Made by a program: the position numbers and the translations under genes. The notes under the pieces are model-generated. The model did not search any database, was not told the DNA's origin, and saw nothing but the letters and a program-made list of their open reading frames with translations. A stretch of DNA of 63,918 bases, filler included, from Asterionella formosa (taxonomy: Eukaryota), in NCBI GenBank assembly GCA_002256025.1. It is 7 parts of 7 records of this genome, joined end to end, with 100 filler letters (N's around TTAATTAATTAA, not from the genome) between each part and the next. Parts side by side here need not be neighbours in the genome. Positions count along the whole stretch, not along the records: positions 30,605 to 40,696 come from NKIB01009878.1; positions 40,797 to 50,883 come from NKIB01009889.1; 5 more parts are not named here. One strand, given 5' to 3'. Every line of letters begins with the position of its first letter. Within the stretch, counting starts at the first letter, position 1. Below are positions 36,962-50,354 of this stretch, one piece after another.

Positions 36962-37684
36962 TAGTAATGGAAAGCAGTTGAATGCCATTCTAGTTTGCTA
37001 ATGTTACTATCAGGTACTATACAGTGATGTGCCAATAGTAAGAAAACGATGTTGTGCACACTATTGTTGGTACTGTCCTTCTTCCTTGAGATTCACACCG
37101 CAACCAAGATATCACTTAAGAGATAATCCCATAGTTATTGTTATTAGGAGGAAATGCTTAGGAATATGGAGTAGAAGCAACTCAGGTGCTACTATCCAAA
37201 GGATGCAATGACTATGTTGCTGTTTTGAAATAAAGTGAGATTTAAACAGTTAGCATTACTGACCTCAATTAGTCGAAATAAGAACCCAGCATGAAGGTAC
37301 ATCATTTATAATTTGACAGGATATGAACATGTGGAATTCATTGAGGTTCAGGGCAAACAAAGTTCAACCAGAATATAGTCCGGCAATTCCCACTCCAGCT
37401 ATCGTCTTGCCATTCGGGTACCGGTACTTCTTATTCACACCCTAAATTCTTGGTCAAACCGACACCTAAAAAATGGTCGGTACAAAATGTACACACAAGA
37501 ATGACTTAAACCTCGGGCGGACCACACCCATCCATACACTAATACAGAAAGTACTAATATTATGCCTCACCTGGTGAAATTTATAGCTAATCTAGTACCA
37601 GGATGTCTGCTTCAATAATTGAATAGCATTTATATGAATTTTTAAGATAATTAATTCACCTAAACCTCTTGACCAACTCCATGT

Positions 37685-37925
37685 TCAAAGGCATTGCTTG
37701 TCAGAAATCTGATTGGTACTAAAGAAATGCAGCTTTGCACCAACACGAACCTTGTTACTAGGCATGATTCTGAGATAGGTAGGCCACTTTGTGCGCTCTA
37801 GATGCCGGCGTCGGCCCTTTGGAGTAAATGTAGGAACTCCCAATGAACTAGCCACAATATCAAATGCTTTCCTACAATGCAAATCTGACATTTCCTGATG
37901 TAGCAACCCTTTTTCATAATATTTG
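37685..37925 (-). pseudogene. Possible Crypton-like C-terminal remnant
   Basis: AFDIVASSLGVPTFTPKGRRRHLERTKWPTY, fused in frame to gypsy RNase H remnants. Confidence 0.3.
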
Positions 37926-39050
37926 ACATCATCAGTACCCTTCATATTGTGAAAAGTGAGAAGATATTCTTCAAAATAAATCCTCCACCGGAGAACACGC
38001 TGAGTTTCTGTGTAGGGTAATAAAGAAAAAAATATGATGTTCAGTGTGAACATGTAGAACCGCATTCAATGACATGAGCGAAATTCTTTGAAAGTTTCTT
38101 AATTGAAAATCAGAAACATTAGTAAAAAATATGGAAAGGAAAATTACGACCAGGATAACTCATGAGTGTATTTGCAACTAACAATGTTTTCATTGATGCA
38201 AAAGTTTGTTGATGTATGCATAGGTAACCATACAAATGGACTAGTTCCATTTCAATCCTGTTTTAAGTTTTGAAGACCAAAATTTGAAGTCGGTTGGAGT
38301 TTATCGATATCCCAATGAGTCAGTTTCTTCAACAGACCATTTCATATAGAATGGTGCTGGAGGACTTCAGCCATAACAGCATATTTCCGTATCTGTATAG
38401 TTAGGAGCTTGAATGTTCCATGTGTAAACATAATCCTTGATAGGTGGTGTATCAAAAGATAATAAACCATTGTGCAAATGTTCTTTGCGTATCATTATAG
38501 GAATGCATGACATGCAGAAAAACACTGATATATCCACCATACAGACAGGACATGGTATTTGTAAATTATTCATCATAAATTAATCAGCTGGACAAATGAG
38601 CAAACTCGCAGAAGGCACTAAGACCAGGTACTTCTGTTGCAAGATACAAGCTGACGGATTAAATTTTGGGAGCATCATGCTGAGTACTGGCAAAGGAAGA
38701 AAAGATGGGATCATTCCTGCTATGCATGGTATATATTAATTATAAATGTTCGATTTTACAACGAAATGTCATGAATTACAATCCATTCATAAGTTAAAAA
38801 TCAAGACCCACCGCAATCCAATAATATTCATCTTATGTCATGCATATACAACGCAGCCACCAATGCTTGGGTTGCTTATGACATGAGAATGAAATGCAAT
38901 TAAGCTTATGCATTCATAGGCAAAGAAAGAATGAGACCGGAATCAGGTCTTGAGATGTGCATATGGAATGATATATTGAATCTACCTTTGCATATTAAAT
39001 TATCCCATGTTACAATAACGGTGATATCCAACCTGTAATTATCCTGTGAT
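37925..39050 (-). mobile_element. Dispersed repeat with Ty3/gypsy remnants (copy B)
   Basis: Reverse-complement match to 22612..23465, plus TQRVLRWRIYFEEY...HNMKG (gypsy RNase H C-terminus). Confidence 0.8.
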
Positions 39051-39809
39051 TTCATATAGAACTCGGCGACATCAGTTGGTATAGACATTATATCTCAAGG
39101 ACATCAGTTGGTAGAGAAATTATTTCGGGAACTGGACAGGAGTCAAGAATTACAAACATGAACAACATCATTCGACACACACGCAAATTTTGCAGAAGAG
39201 AGCGTGACAAGAATTTCGCAAGGTATGGACATACATAAAACAAAATATTTGTAATGAATAATATTTTTACATTGATATATATATATATGTATTTGTACCG
39301 GTAAATCCTTTCAGGAACATGTAATACTATTTTTACATAAAAAATATATGTGTGTACATATACCGGTAAGCCCTTTCCTCACTCCCCGTAGTCCAATGGT
39401 AAACATACCGTACTTATTTTTACGTACGGAGTACCGGTAGTTACAAAAAACACATGCATGACAATCATCATCATGCATTGTAGATACTGGTGCTGGTAGT
39501 ACCGGTAGTCTAGGTTAAAACATATGACAATCATGGATCATGCTCATCATCATGCATCATAGTGTATACGGTATATGAGGGTGGACAAAATTTCCGGCAT
39601 GATCTATTATCATGCATGAGGAATGAGTTGCATTTTTTTACGTAGAATTCTACGACAAGTGGTAGAGACACTATTTTGGCAGCACGAGAAAAGGAGTTTT
39701 AACACAAAAAAACACTTTTCACTCGAAAAAGAACCCAAAAAGAAGTCGCTCGTCAATCACAATAAACAACTTCCATTACATCCAAGACGACATTGAGAAT
39801 GGATGATAC

Positions 39810-40696
39810 ATGGGAAGAAGATTTCAAAACGACATGGAGAATGAGAGAGAGTTACGAGAGAATGAGTTTAAAGAGAGAGAGAGAGAGAGAGAGAAACACG
39901 AGCGAATGAGTTTAGAGTATGGTTATGCAGCACTTGATGACTTGGATGATAGTAATGAAAACAACAAGGTGGCAATTGCTGATGCAGGAAACATGGCGAA
40001 TATCGCACCTTCACTCCATGCTTCATTCGCCCCTATCCACCATGATGCTCAAATTTTGAATGTCAAACGGTTGAAAGCGAATGATCCAAATTTGTCTTAC
40101 CTTGATCTCTATGATAATTCAATTGGTAATGACGGAGCCAAGGCCATTGCAGAGGCTCTCAAGGTCAATACTGTCTTGACTACACTTGATCTCGGAAGGA
40201 ATTCAATTGATAGTAATTTAATAAATCATATTCAAAAACTGGTTGATGGAAACGAGAACCGCAAACAAAATCCTTCTTCCCCAACAAATCAAACACCAAG
40301 CGATAGCAATCCCACTGAATCCATTTCCATAGATGAGTCGATAAAGAATCCAGGTACAGAGCTTCAGAACTTGCCTTCGAATGCCAACAGCAAGGTGCCA
40401 ACTGATGAAACAGGAGGTCCTACTGCCACTTTAATTTCGTCTCGTATTGATGCAATTCTTTCAAGGATGCAAATAGATGAGCAGATCCCTTTCATTCAAG
40501 AACGAGGTCTCGTGAGGCTTCTGAACTTTGCTGTGAATGAGAACAACATGGTGACGATTGCTGAAGCACGAGATATCACTGAGATTCTGTCTGTGATGAC
40601 ATATCATTCCTCCAACACTGATGTGCAACACTTTGGTTGTGCAGCACTTTCGAACTTGGCAAATAATAATGACAAGAACAGAGTGATGATTGCTGA
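39810..40696 (+). CDS. LRR (RI/NLRC3-like) + armadillo-repeat protein, 3' truncated by the contig end
   Basis: LSYLDLYDNSIGNDGAKAIAEALKVNTVLTTLDLGRNSID (LRR); VQHFGCAALSNLANNNDKNRVMIA (ARM). Confidence 0.82.
39873..39894 (+). repeat. (GA)11 microsatellite within the 5' coding region
   Basis: Seen directly; encodes an ER repeat. Confidence 0.9.
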
Positions 40697-40796
40697 NNNN
40701 NNNNNNNNNNNNNNNNNNNNNNNNNNNNNNNNNNNNNNNNTTAATTAATTAANNNNNNNNNNNNNNNNNNNNNNNNNNNNNNNNNNNNNNNNNNNN
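40697..40796. other. Artificial contig spacer
   Basis: N-TTAATTAATTAA-N, 100 nt. Confidence 0.98.
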
Positions 40797-41260
40797 TTCC
40801 ATTTTTGATCTTGGCATGTACACCTTGATGTCGGATGAACCGTGCCTAATCCCTGGCCAGTGTATTCAACCAAACCTGGAAGTGGTCCAGACGTAGGCTC
40901 ACAAGTCTGAGTGCCAAACATACACGTAAAGGAGTCACGATTGCCTCTCAAACTACAAAAGCTGCCCTCTACGGGGAGTTCACCATTGGGAAAGACACAT
41001 TTTTTCAAATGGAGCTTCGAAAAAGTCTGTTTATACGGGCGCCACCATGGTGGTTTCACCCAGCCGCCATTTTCGAAGGGAGCAAGGATGCGCTCATGAG
41101 CTTGAATAGTGTGTAGTTCATGTATTTCAGCCCTGGAATCGTCTGCTGTTGCCGCAGCAATAATGTTGCGAAGACCATGGGAGTACTCTTCGGCCACGCA
41201 AACCGGAACATGGCTCATGAGCAGAGCCGAAGTAGCAATCAGAATAGAAAAGACACGCAT
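40797..41260 (-). CDS. Secreted Cys-containing hypothetical protein, 3' truncated by the contig end
   Basis: Signal peptide MRVFSILIATSALLMSHVPVCVA, then HGLR and a Cys-rich module (C..GSFC..TCMFGTQTC..CTC). Confidence 0.75.
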
Positions 41261-43068
41261 ATTGTTTTTCTTGTTCTTTGTGATTGCAGCAATGAAGTAC
41301 TTTTGGCGTGAAGGAGCTCAACCCAACCTTTGAGGAAGCATGCCGGTACCTTACAAGCAACCTGACTCCTTTTCGTCAAAGTTTCTTCGCCAAAGTTATG
41401 TAATGTAGATATATCATCACCCAAGACTGATTTTTAGAAATACCGTAGTCAGGTTTACAATCTCGAATGGGACGGGGAATTGCGTTTTCTTGGGAACAAA
41501 TCATCATGATTTCCGTGGTAAAAGGTATTTCCGGTATATACCCAGTACATGAATCTAGTTTCGCAACGAATTCTATTTATTATTTATCTTTTCCATCCCC
41601 AATATCCGAATTAAAGTGTGCACAGTACACCTTAAATTGTACTCCAACCCGTGGTATATAGTGAAAACCAACGAGCCCATTTTGAAGTTACCGTACCGCA
41701 ACTTGTAGTGCTCCGACCCTCAACTTGCAGTACTCAGCACCTGGTGCCAGGTACCGTTCCTCCTTTACCCACTAGCGGTATGTATCGGTATGCTTGGTGG
41801 ACCCCCCTGTACATCTGGCGGTTGCCCTGATACCGTTTTCGCTATATACCGATAATTGACGGCAAGCGATGGATGGAAAACAAGGCAATGCATACGCACG
41901 GCTATAAGTTCAAGGAACAAAGCAATATTAGTAAGTAAGTGATAATTACGGTATGGTAACCTACTACCATGGGACCAGGTACTCGAATCAAAAAGGCAGC
42001 AGTCCAAAAGTATCGTTTACATAAGGTTACATATATTTTCAGTATGTAGCAGCAGCACTTTTGTAGACTTCCAGCTCGGCACTCGGAATCACATGCTACG
42101 TACTGGTAATGCATACACAGCATAATTTGATATTACCAGATACCAGGTAGCATGCATTACTCATTTATACATGATACAAGGATATAAGCCCTTTGAGGGC
42201 ATGTATAAAGTTTGGAGACAAAATTTGATTTTCAATCTTGTTTGTCTCACTTGCTGCGGTATGGCTAGTCCCGATCGTACGCTGCCAGAAAATGAAGATT
42301 GACTCGAACGGAGACCTGTTGGGCCTTCCATAAAATTCTTATTTTGCTTCCTTACGGGGCTAAATTACTCGCAATTCCCCCCGACTACTACCGGTATGAA
42401 GATCAATCTTCGTTCGAACGACGATCTCGGGGGTCATGACCCTGATGTGGACCCATTATTCGTATTTTCATGAAGAATTTTCGTATCCCGAAGACAGGCT
42501 TCGGGCAAAGGTAGATTGTCCCCACCAATCAGAATTGCGGTGACAATACATAATGATCGTCATCTCATATACTGATGATGATATATGTAGTGGTCGATAC
42601 TCAATATTGTCATTATTATTGCATGTTAATAAAAATTTAGTATGTTCAATAGCCTATTCATACTCCCCTTTATGTATCTATAAGAAAGTTTTTCATTGTG
42701 CTACCAGGTCCCTGCCAACAAGACCTGTGCATCCCTAGTTTTGTTAGAATAGGTGATTCCCCAACCTCCTCTTGCGAAAGATGATTGTCTTAGCAACAGC
42801 ATTAGGGGAAACTCCGACTGCCTAGGAAGGTGGCACAAGCTGCTTCTGGGGGGGGGGGGCAACCCACTATTTCTTGCACACCAGGCAAGACTGTGCAGGA
42901 TGGGAAGTAGAAGTAGTGTGAGAGTCGAACCCAACAATTGCTCCTCAAAAAAATTGCAGAAATCAAACCACTCAACCTCAGATCAAAGGCAACGTGCTAA
43001 ACCATTAAGCCATTCCCTTTATTGTATGTTATTAACATAATTATCATTATTTTTATCATGATAATAAT

Positions 43069-43830
43069 TTGCAACATGATGACTCCACCAACATAAAAAA
43101 ATGTCAACCTTCCTGGTGCAATATCAACAGTGTGTGCAGCCATGGAAGCAACAGTGGTTGTCATGGCTGGCAACTACCAGCAGGCTTGCCAGCTGCATTG
43201 CAAAATAAGGTGGTATCTTATTTCAATTTGCAAGCTCAATCTGAGAGAGGGAAGAAGTGCGGAATCAGCAATCCGCATCCAACGGCATCTGCTAAGCAAA
43301 CAAGAATTAAATGACCTCAAGTGTCAAGGCAAGACTCATGTTGGTGGAAGAAGGTCCTCACAAACAAAAAGTGTATATTATAATTGGACATGACAAAATG
43401 GGAAGCAAGTCTTGTTCGGAAATTTTTTCATTGTCCATTTAGCATATTCAGAATGCTGTATGACATGACAATCTCAAACGGTCGGTATGACCAATCAAAG
43501 AAAAATAGCACCCATCTTCTCTGGCAGGACCTCGAGCTGCTCCTACTGGGTGAACTCTATAGTACTCTAGCAACTGGTGCTTCTCATTTGTATGTATTCA
43601 TTCAAACTGACATTTCTAGAGAGGTGCAGCGCAAAGTTTTTATTCACTGGCAAAATTTGCAAAAAAGAAGGCTGAATATGTATACAAAGTGAGAGAGGAA
43701 GAGGATGATGATTACCAACTGTAACAAATTCTTAATGATTACATTCCCCTCAGGCTTCTAGGGTGTATAGGCTCAGTCGATTGTGTGCACATTGGGTGAA
43801 ATTGATGTCTCTCTTTCCAGAAGAATATAT
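43069..43830 (+). pseudogene. PIF/Harbinger transposase remnant
   Basis: RKFFHCPFSIF...LELLLLG...ISREVQRKVF, followed by GCIGSVDCVHIG (about 43760..43797), the Harbinger/Plant_tran first catalytic Asp motif; stops and frameshifts. Confidence 0.75.
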
Positions 43831-45016
43831 GTAAAGGTTCAATGGGATGGTATCATGGTGATGCTGGCGGTGGGAGAGGAGAAATGAGATAGGCCAATGT
43901 GAAGGCTGATCTCCTTAGAACACCAGAAATGATGACAATGGCAATGTTGAGTGTCAACGATTTTCATTGTTATTAAGTACAATCATTATACATACAAACA
44001 AGAATACGATATTTTCATGCAGAAAATAAATACTAAATCATGATTTTGGGTCATTTGACTTATGGAATGACTTGTAATTTAATCTTCAGGAGTGTAAGGA
44101 GGCCATAAACTTTCCTCAATACAAAGATCGAAGATTTTGCCGTGGTGATAGCTTCTAAATCTTTGATCTTTGTATTTCGGTCCCTCTAAGTTTCGGCCTT
44201 ACTAGGAGTACCGGTCTATCACATAACTTCTGTTTTTATCTATACTGGTATATCACATGGAGCAGTCATTGTGACGGACGGAAATTTCGCCCCCGCATGT
44301 TTTCTACGGAAATGTCATGTAGGCCACTTCGAATATTTTTTCATGACCCTCTCCTTTTGATGGCTGAACCTCCAACCAATGTTGGTGGTACTATGATACA
44401 AAGAATTGCACTTTTTGCAGACATTGGTTTTGATTTTTTCTCCCCTAATTTGTCTGTGGGAACATTATGTGGTTTTGATTTTTCCAGAGGTTTTACTATT
44501 TTAGATTTTCCACTTTTACTTATAGTAGGAACTTATGGCTGACCCTCGAAATATCACAATCTGTACCATGGTGAACAAATATCTTGTGTTGCTTGCTAAA
44601 ATCAGCTTAATAAGACCAACTTTTTGGTTCATTCATGATAGGGGCATGGGATTTCTTCACCTTACAGATCTCACCATCATTATTGCGAGCATAAGCGTCA
44701 CCCATTCCTTGGATCATTAATTGTTCAAGAAAGTAATGGTTATCGAAGAAGAAATCACCTTCTGATGAAAGGGGATTGAGAGTGAGCAGATGATAAGTTT
44801 GCCCCAAGTCTGAGGGGAAACTAATGGATAAGTAACCTTGATCAAAGATGTGATAAGGTTCTGGTAAAGCCCAACTACTATGATAGCTTCGACATCCTTT
44901 CGTAAAATAGAAAGCACTTTTCACTAATGTGCATGCTATTTCTACTGATATTCATGGTGGCATTGGACTTCAGTTTATCTGGGTAGTCCAGAGTATATTG
45001 GCAAAAGGAATCAATC

Positions 45017-45526
45017 TCACGCAGCTTTCCTCTTCTTGTTGTTCGGGTTTCTCTTCACCTCCTCCTGTTCAATCCATGGCTCGCCCTCCTTCTGGTGCTC
45101 AGCGCCGACATAAAGCTCTTTTTCCATTTCATAGCATTTTGGGCAAATGTCTTGCTCCTCGGTCACCATAAAGTATGATTCTTCAACACAACCTTGGCCA
45201 CAGACGTCGCAAACAATGGCTGGGGCATCCTCCAACTCCTGCAGCACGGTGTAGTACTTCTTCATTCTTTTTGTCAGCCGCCATTTGCATTTGAATCCTT
45301 TGTGGAATGTCACGGCGTCCCCTGCTCCGATGGTCACAACAGGAGATCCATCGGCTGGAGTCAGATCGGCGCTTCCTTCCAGAATCAAAACTCGCTCTTC
45401 TGCTGTATAATTGTAAGCAAAGGACTTTTTGTTCTTGGAATCCCATTTGCTCCAGTTCGCTTTGGCCTCCAGCTTGTAAGCTTCCGTCACCTTATCAGGG
45501 GGTATGACGGTGATAAGCTTGTCCAT
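45017..45526 (-). CDS. Cupin_3 (EutQ/DUF861-like) protein with C-terminal ZZ-like zinc finger
   Basis: WSKWDS..FAYNYTAEERVLILEGSADLTP..VTIGAGDAVTFHKGFKCKW (cupin_3); CDVC...DICPKC; basic tail. Confidence 0.87.
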   Translation of the reverse strand: MDKLITVIPPDKVTEAYKLEAKANWSKWDSKNKKSFAYNYTAEERVLILEGSADLTPADGSPVVTIGAGDAVTFHKGFKCKWRLTKRMKKYYTVLQELEDAPAIVCDVCGQGCVEESYFMVTEEQDICPKCYEMEKELYVGAEHQKEGEPWIEQEEVKRNPNNKKRKAA

Positions 45527-48476
45527 GCGGCGGTATTATCCTCTGATGTAGGTACCAGGTGCCCGGTACAATAGTCAATTGCTTGCAAGAGCCAGCTAAT
45601 ACTCTTTATTTTGCATGATACTATACCGGTAGCTACTAAATGTTGTAGTTGCTGGAATGTATGCATGTGTGGAACATAGCTATGGTGTCGTTTATTGGTC
45701 TGAACATCAGTACCGTACGGTACCAGGTACCTATACCTACCGGTACCTGGTCCATTACTACTGTACGAATTAGATTCACCGGTAGCGTGTAATATAAATC
45801 GGTACCAGGGTACTTAATCGATGACGTATAACTGGCTGTCCGTCTGTCTGTTCATGTCTACCGGTACTCACTCTATTTTACTATATATGCAGTCCCTAAA
45901 ATCCAACCAGTCGAATCATGCATTGCCACGCCAAGCAGCTGGCTAACAAGATCAACAATTGACAACTTCTATAGAAATCGAATTTCATTTTGGCAATTGG
46001 AAATTGGAAATGAGTCTTAGGATGACTTTGTGGGAAGCAAAGTTGGCTGCATGGAAAGGAAACATTTAGTTTAGCTTATAATTTTAGGTTATCAGTTGAG
46101 GAAATAGTTACTAGCAAGTGAGAATTTACATAAAGAAACCGACCCTGTGGGAATGATTATGAAGCTTTTTAACAATCTATACTGGTACCACATGGAGCAC
46201 TTCACGAACAGGTATATGAAATCGAACATTGCTCTAGTATGCAACCTACTTGAAATGTGTGTAACGACTGATATTTAGATGAAAATATGAATTTAGCTTG
46301 TTTACCTTCTCCTATAGTAGTAAACTGCATTATGAACTATTAAGTAGACGATTTTTTGAGAACCCTCTTATGAGATGAAATGATTGCTGACCATAATGGT
46401 TTCATCGGATGACCGGCAATGAGCTACTCTTTCAAAAGAAGCTAGCCACTATTCTAACTACCGCTGCTAGTCTATTAGTGGCTATTATTATGGTTGACAT
46501 GTATTGTTATGTATGTAGCTAGCAACGATAAGTTGACATTGATATGATACGCAAATTCAACATGGCGAAGTGTTTGCAGGAAGCTTCGAGAACAATCACG
46601 CACTGTCATCCGTACTAACATCTCAATGAAAAATTACCTTACTAGATGCAGTGTACTACAAAAAACAGTAAAAACGGACAGAGGAGATGAAGAACAACAA
46701 TCCTGAAGGAAATGCATTGGGGATAGTCCTGCTCAATTGTTTCAATCTTTTTACAAGAAGCAGATCTAAGGCTCTCTGGGGGCAAAATATGACTACACAA
46801 CCTCCACCATGATGGCTGTCTAGTTATTTAACAATAGCATACTATAAAATTTACTTAACAATTTTTTGAATACAAGGTACCCCTGATACCAATAAAAATT
46901 GAATTAACCCACTGCTTCCTCCCTTTTTGATTCTTTACACTAACAATTAACTTGCCTCTCTCTGAAAAATGTTTTTGTGGTTTCTATGTCAGCAGAAGGT
47001 GTTGGCATGTTAGCATCATGTTCTTAGTTGAATTGAACATCTGGTTCAGAAGATGGTATTAACATCTATATAGACGTAAAATTCAGTCGCAGTGGATCAG
47101 TGTAGCATATAATATAATTTTATATTCGTATGTACACAGATTCTCCTGTAAAATGCATGCTAATGAGCGATTCACATGATATCACACTAGCAAACATCGA
47201 CAAATGTACTCTAACTGGTTCCAGAATGAGGGGTGATATGGTTATTATCATGCCATATACCTGGTACCGGTACTCTAGTACTACCTCATATATAACACAT
47301 ATAGACATGCTATATACTTAATACCCCAATGGTCTACATATCAGCCAGTATAATAAACGGATGTACAGGGATGCATTCATCCGTGTTTGTACAGAATGAT
47401 TATTGACAAGTTATGGATAAGACATAGAATGCAAGAAATTTATAAGTCATCATTGTACAGGTAAAAGAAGAGATCTCCTAACTTGTCAGTTTTTGATTGC
47501 CATTGTTGACCTAAATTGAAGAAGGACATGTGGGGCATTCAGCTGAATAAAAAATTCAGCTAAAATTATATGTACACTGCACATCTAGAAAATAAATTTT
47601 GTTCTTTAAATTAAATTAGCTGATAGTATATATATTTCTGATGAAAGCCATGTGATTCATCATATGTAATTTTTATTTCACCCAAAACCCCTTTCCTCCT
47701 CTATCAAAACTTTTTAGATTTATTTAGATAGCAGCAGCATGAGCAAGTGATATTTTTCTGTTCTGTCACTCGTTTACTTGCAGCTACATGTAGTAAATTG
47801 CAGTGAATCTTCAAGAGAAGTCAATGCACAACCAAATCCACTACCATAATCTGCATACTACCAGTATGTGCAGGTGTATTGGAATCACCCCTGTATCAGG
47901 GGTCAGGATGGTGATTTTCTTAGCCTTCTTTTGCCTCTGAGTTTGCCTTGAATTTTTATCCATGACTTAGAAAAATGGCCAACTGTAGAGCATATCCACA
48001 AAACAAGCGTTTCTATATAGATACTTGGTCTTGTTGTTTCAAATCTGAAGAATGAAATAACCCGAAAAAAATAAAAATCATCGATTCAGCAGATTTTGCT
48101 TGCTAGTCAAATCTGCTGATTGAGATTTCCTCAGATATGACATTACAGATTGATGCCTGATCGGCTGAGAACAAACATGTATGCTCAAGATACATTCAAA
48201 TGATGAAGCTTACTATAGAAAATGTAGAATTATTTTTCAAAACGAGCAAAATGTTTTTTTACTGTCATTGGCCAGTGAAGCTCGACATTTTCCGACAGTT
48301 TTTACTGCCTGGTCGTACCTGATGCTACCAGGTACCCTGGTTATCAGACATTCTTAAATCTGCAATTTTAATCCGAAAAGTTTGATTTGCCCCATCCTGC
48401 CCCTCTGCCTAAGTAAAAATTACTTAGAGCATAAGCATTACATTTAAGTACAGTACACGAATGGCAACGATGACAT

Positions 48477-49757
48477 GTGGGCGGGAAAAATGAAACTAAA
48501 AAATATAAAAACAATCCACATTTTTCTGTACTTTTGTTTTTGTGCTCATCAATCATATGTCCCCTTTTTAAATCATACACCCCCTATGTGAATCATATGA
48601 TAGACTCTCGTGCGACGATGATTCAACGACTTTATCTCCCCGCCTTTTGTATCGCACTAGTCATCACTCAGACATTATGGTTTCTATTTTCGCGAAACGA
48701 ATTATCGAACGAGTCGTTGCTGCAACAAGCCAATTGTTGCGAGCAAAAATGGACCAACGATGGCGGATTCTTACCCCCCGCAACGAGTGTTCCGGTGCAG
48801 CGCCGTCCACAACGACCCATAATACGCAGTAATCAGTTGCTTCATTCGACCACCACAGGCAACCATACGCCCACGGATCAACGTGTGGTACTTTCCTTTA
48901 CCGTCGTTCCAACAGAAATAGACCAACTTGTTCAGCTGGTGCGAAGGTTGTTGATCCAACCTCGCTATTCTATCTTCGACGCCATTCATTTGTGTGTTCC
49001 GTGGATACCCATGCGCCGCGAGGGAGATGCATCCTTTGGAACTACGGAATCCTTGCTGCAAGCATTTCCATCCTCTCCGCGTATCATTCTCTTGAGACTG
49101 CCGGATTTAGGTCCAATGACACGATACATTGGTCCGCTTCAGTACGAACAACACCCCTACACTCGGATTGTTGTTTTTGATATTGACGCCCTTAACATGG
49201 ACTTTCAGTTCTCGGCAGATGAAGACATGGTGGAAAATTACAGTGGTGATTTGTTCAACATCCCTCGTTTGGTCCATGCATCACTTTTTATTGACCCTGA
49301 TGCTGTTTGGTGCAATTTCGGGCATGACATGAGCTATCGCCAAAATAAGATGTCAACCGAGTGGCACTCCTATCAAGCCGTGAAGGCGACAACTCTAAAA
49401 TGGAATCATGTACATATATGTCGTGCCGTGCAAGGATTATTGATCCAACCTCGATTCTTTAATAACTTTTGGTACAATCAAACGGATTATCATGAAAGTT
49501 GCTTTTGGGACGACGATCGATGGGTTTCCTTTCAATTTGAACGACAAAATATTTCCAGAAAAGAAGCTCATGCATTGTCGTGGAATGATTCATATGTAGC
49601 ACCAACAAGCAAGCGGACAGCAACATTACGACGACGATTAGGAACCTTGTCAAGAATGAATTTACAGGTAAATCCAGATAAGAATTGTGTCCCCGCTTGG
49701 TTGAATCAACATCCAGAGAGTTTTCCAGATGCAAGACAGATTTCTTCGGGAGACTGA
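48477..49757 (+). CDS. Type II membrane glycosyltransferase-like protein (GT-A fold); true start probably 48597 or 48618
   Basis: TM segment LYLPAFCIALVITQTLWFLF, a stem, then RVVLSFTVVP..., DLGPMTR, TRIVVFDID (DxD) and CFWDDDRWVS. Confidence 0.7.
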   Translation: MGGKNETKKYKNNPHFSVLLFLCSSIICPLFKSYTPYVNHMIDSRATMIQRLYLPAFCIALVITQTLWFLFSRNELSNESLLQQANCCEQKWTNDGGFLPPATSVPVQRRPQRPIIRSNQLLHSTTTGNHTPTDQRVVLSFTVVPTEIDQLVQLVRRLLIQPRYSIFDAIHLCVPWIPMRREGDASFGTTESLLQAFPSSPRIILLRLPDLGPMTRYIGPLQYEQHPYTRIVVFDIDALNMDFQFSADEDMVENYSGDLFNIPRLVHASLFIDPDAVWCNFGHDMSYRQNKMSTEWHSYQAVKATTLKWNHVHICRAVQGLLIQPRFFNNFWYNQTDYHESCFWDDDRWVSFQFERQNISRKEAHALSWNDSYVAPTSKRTATLRRRLGTLSRMNLQVNPDKNCVPAWLNQHPESFPDARQISSGD

Positions 49758-50354
49758 ATTTTACTCTGGTCCTTGAAGAAATTTCCACTTTTCTAAAATA
49801 CAATTGTTGAATCCATCATGGAAAAAATTATGGATCAGACCATGTTTGCGAGAGTCAAAAGTTGTGGGAACCTACCCATGACCCTAGCATCGCACCAAAC
49901 AACTCGAAAGAGCAAATACAGGAACAAGGGAATAATGGAGTCCCATCTTTTCTTTCGGGAGTTGGTCAAAAGTTTGGATCTGGCTAACCAGGCATCAAGG
50001 TGACGATGATGCATTAGCATTGTTCATGAATAGAGATGTACAGACCTTTTCTATTGATTACTTAATAGAGGATATACTATTCGCTTGGTAGATTACGAGT
50101 TGCTTAAGCCATTCGCTTACTATTACAATGTGCTACAGAGTTACTTGACACAAGTGAACACAATAAATTAATTGGTGTCCCCGCGTTCCGGTGCCTTAAG
50201 TCACCATGGCTGTTGGGCTGATTTCGGGATGGTTTGTATTCCAGAAAACAAAGGCTGGCAACGCCAGGAAGCGCTATGCGAGCTCCCCTACTAGCACTAG
50301 AGAAGTTTTAAAGCGCTTAACAAATGAGGTTGTTAATAATAAATCAATTGTTTC

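Noticed and set aside
48086..48119. 11-bp inverted repeat tcagcagattt / aaatctgctga
   Set aside because: Short and isolated, with no TSD or second copy; could be chance. A bacterial-type terminator is not meaningful here.
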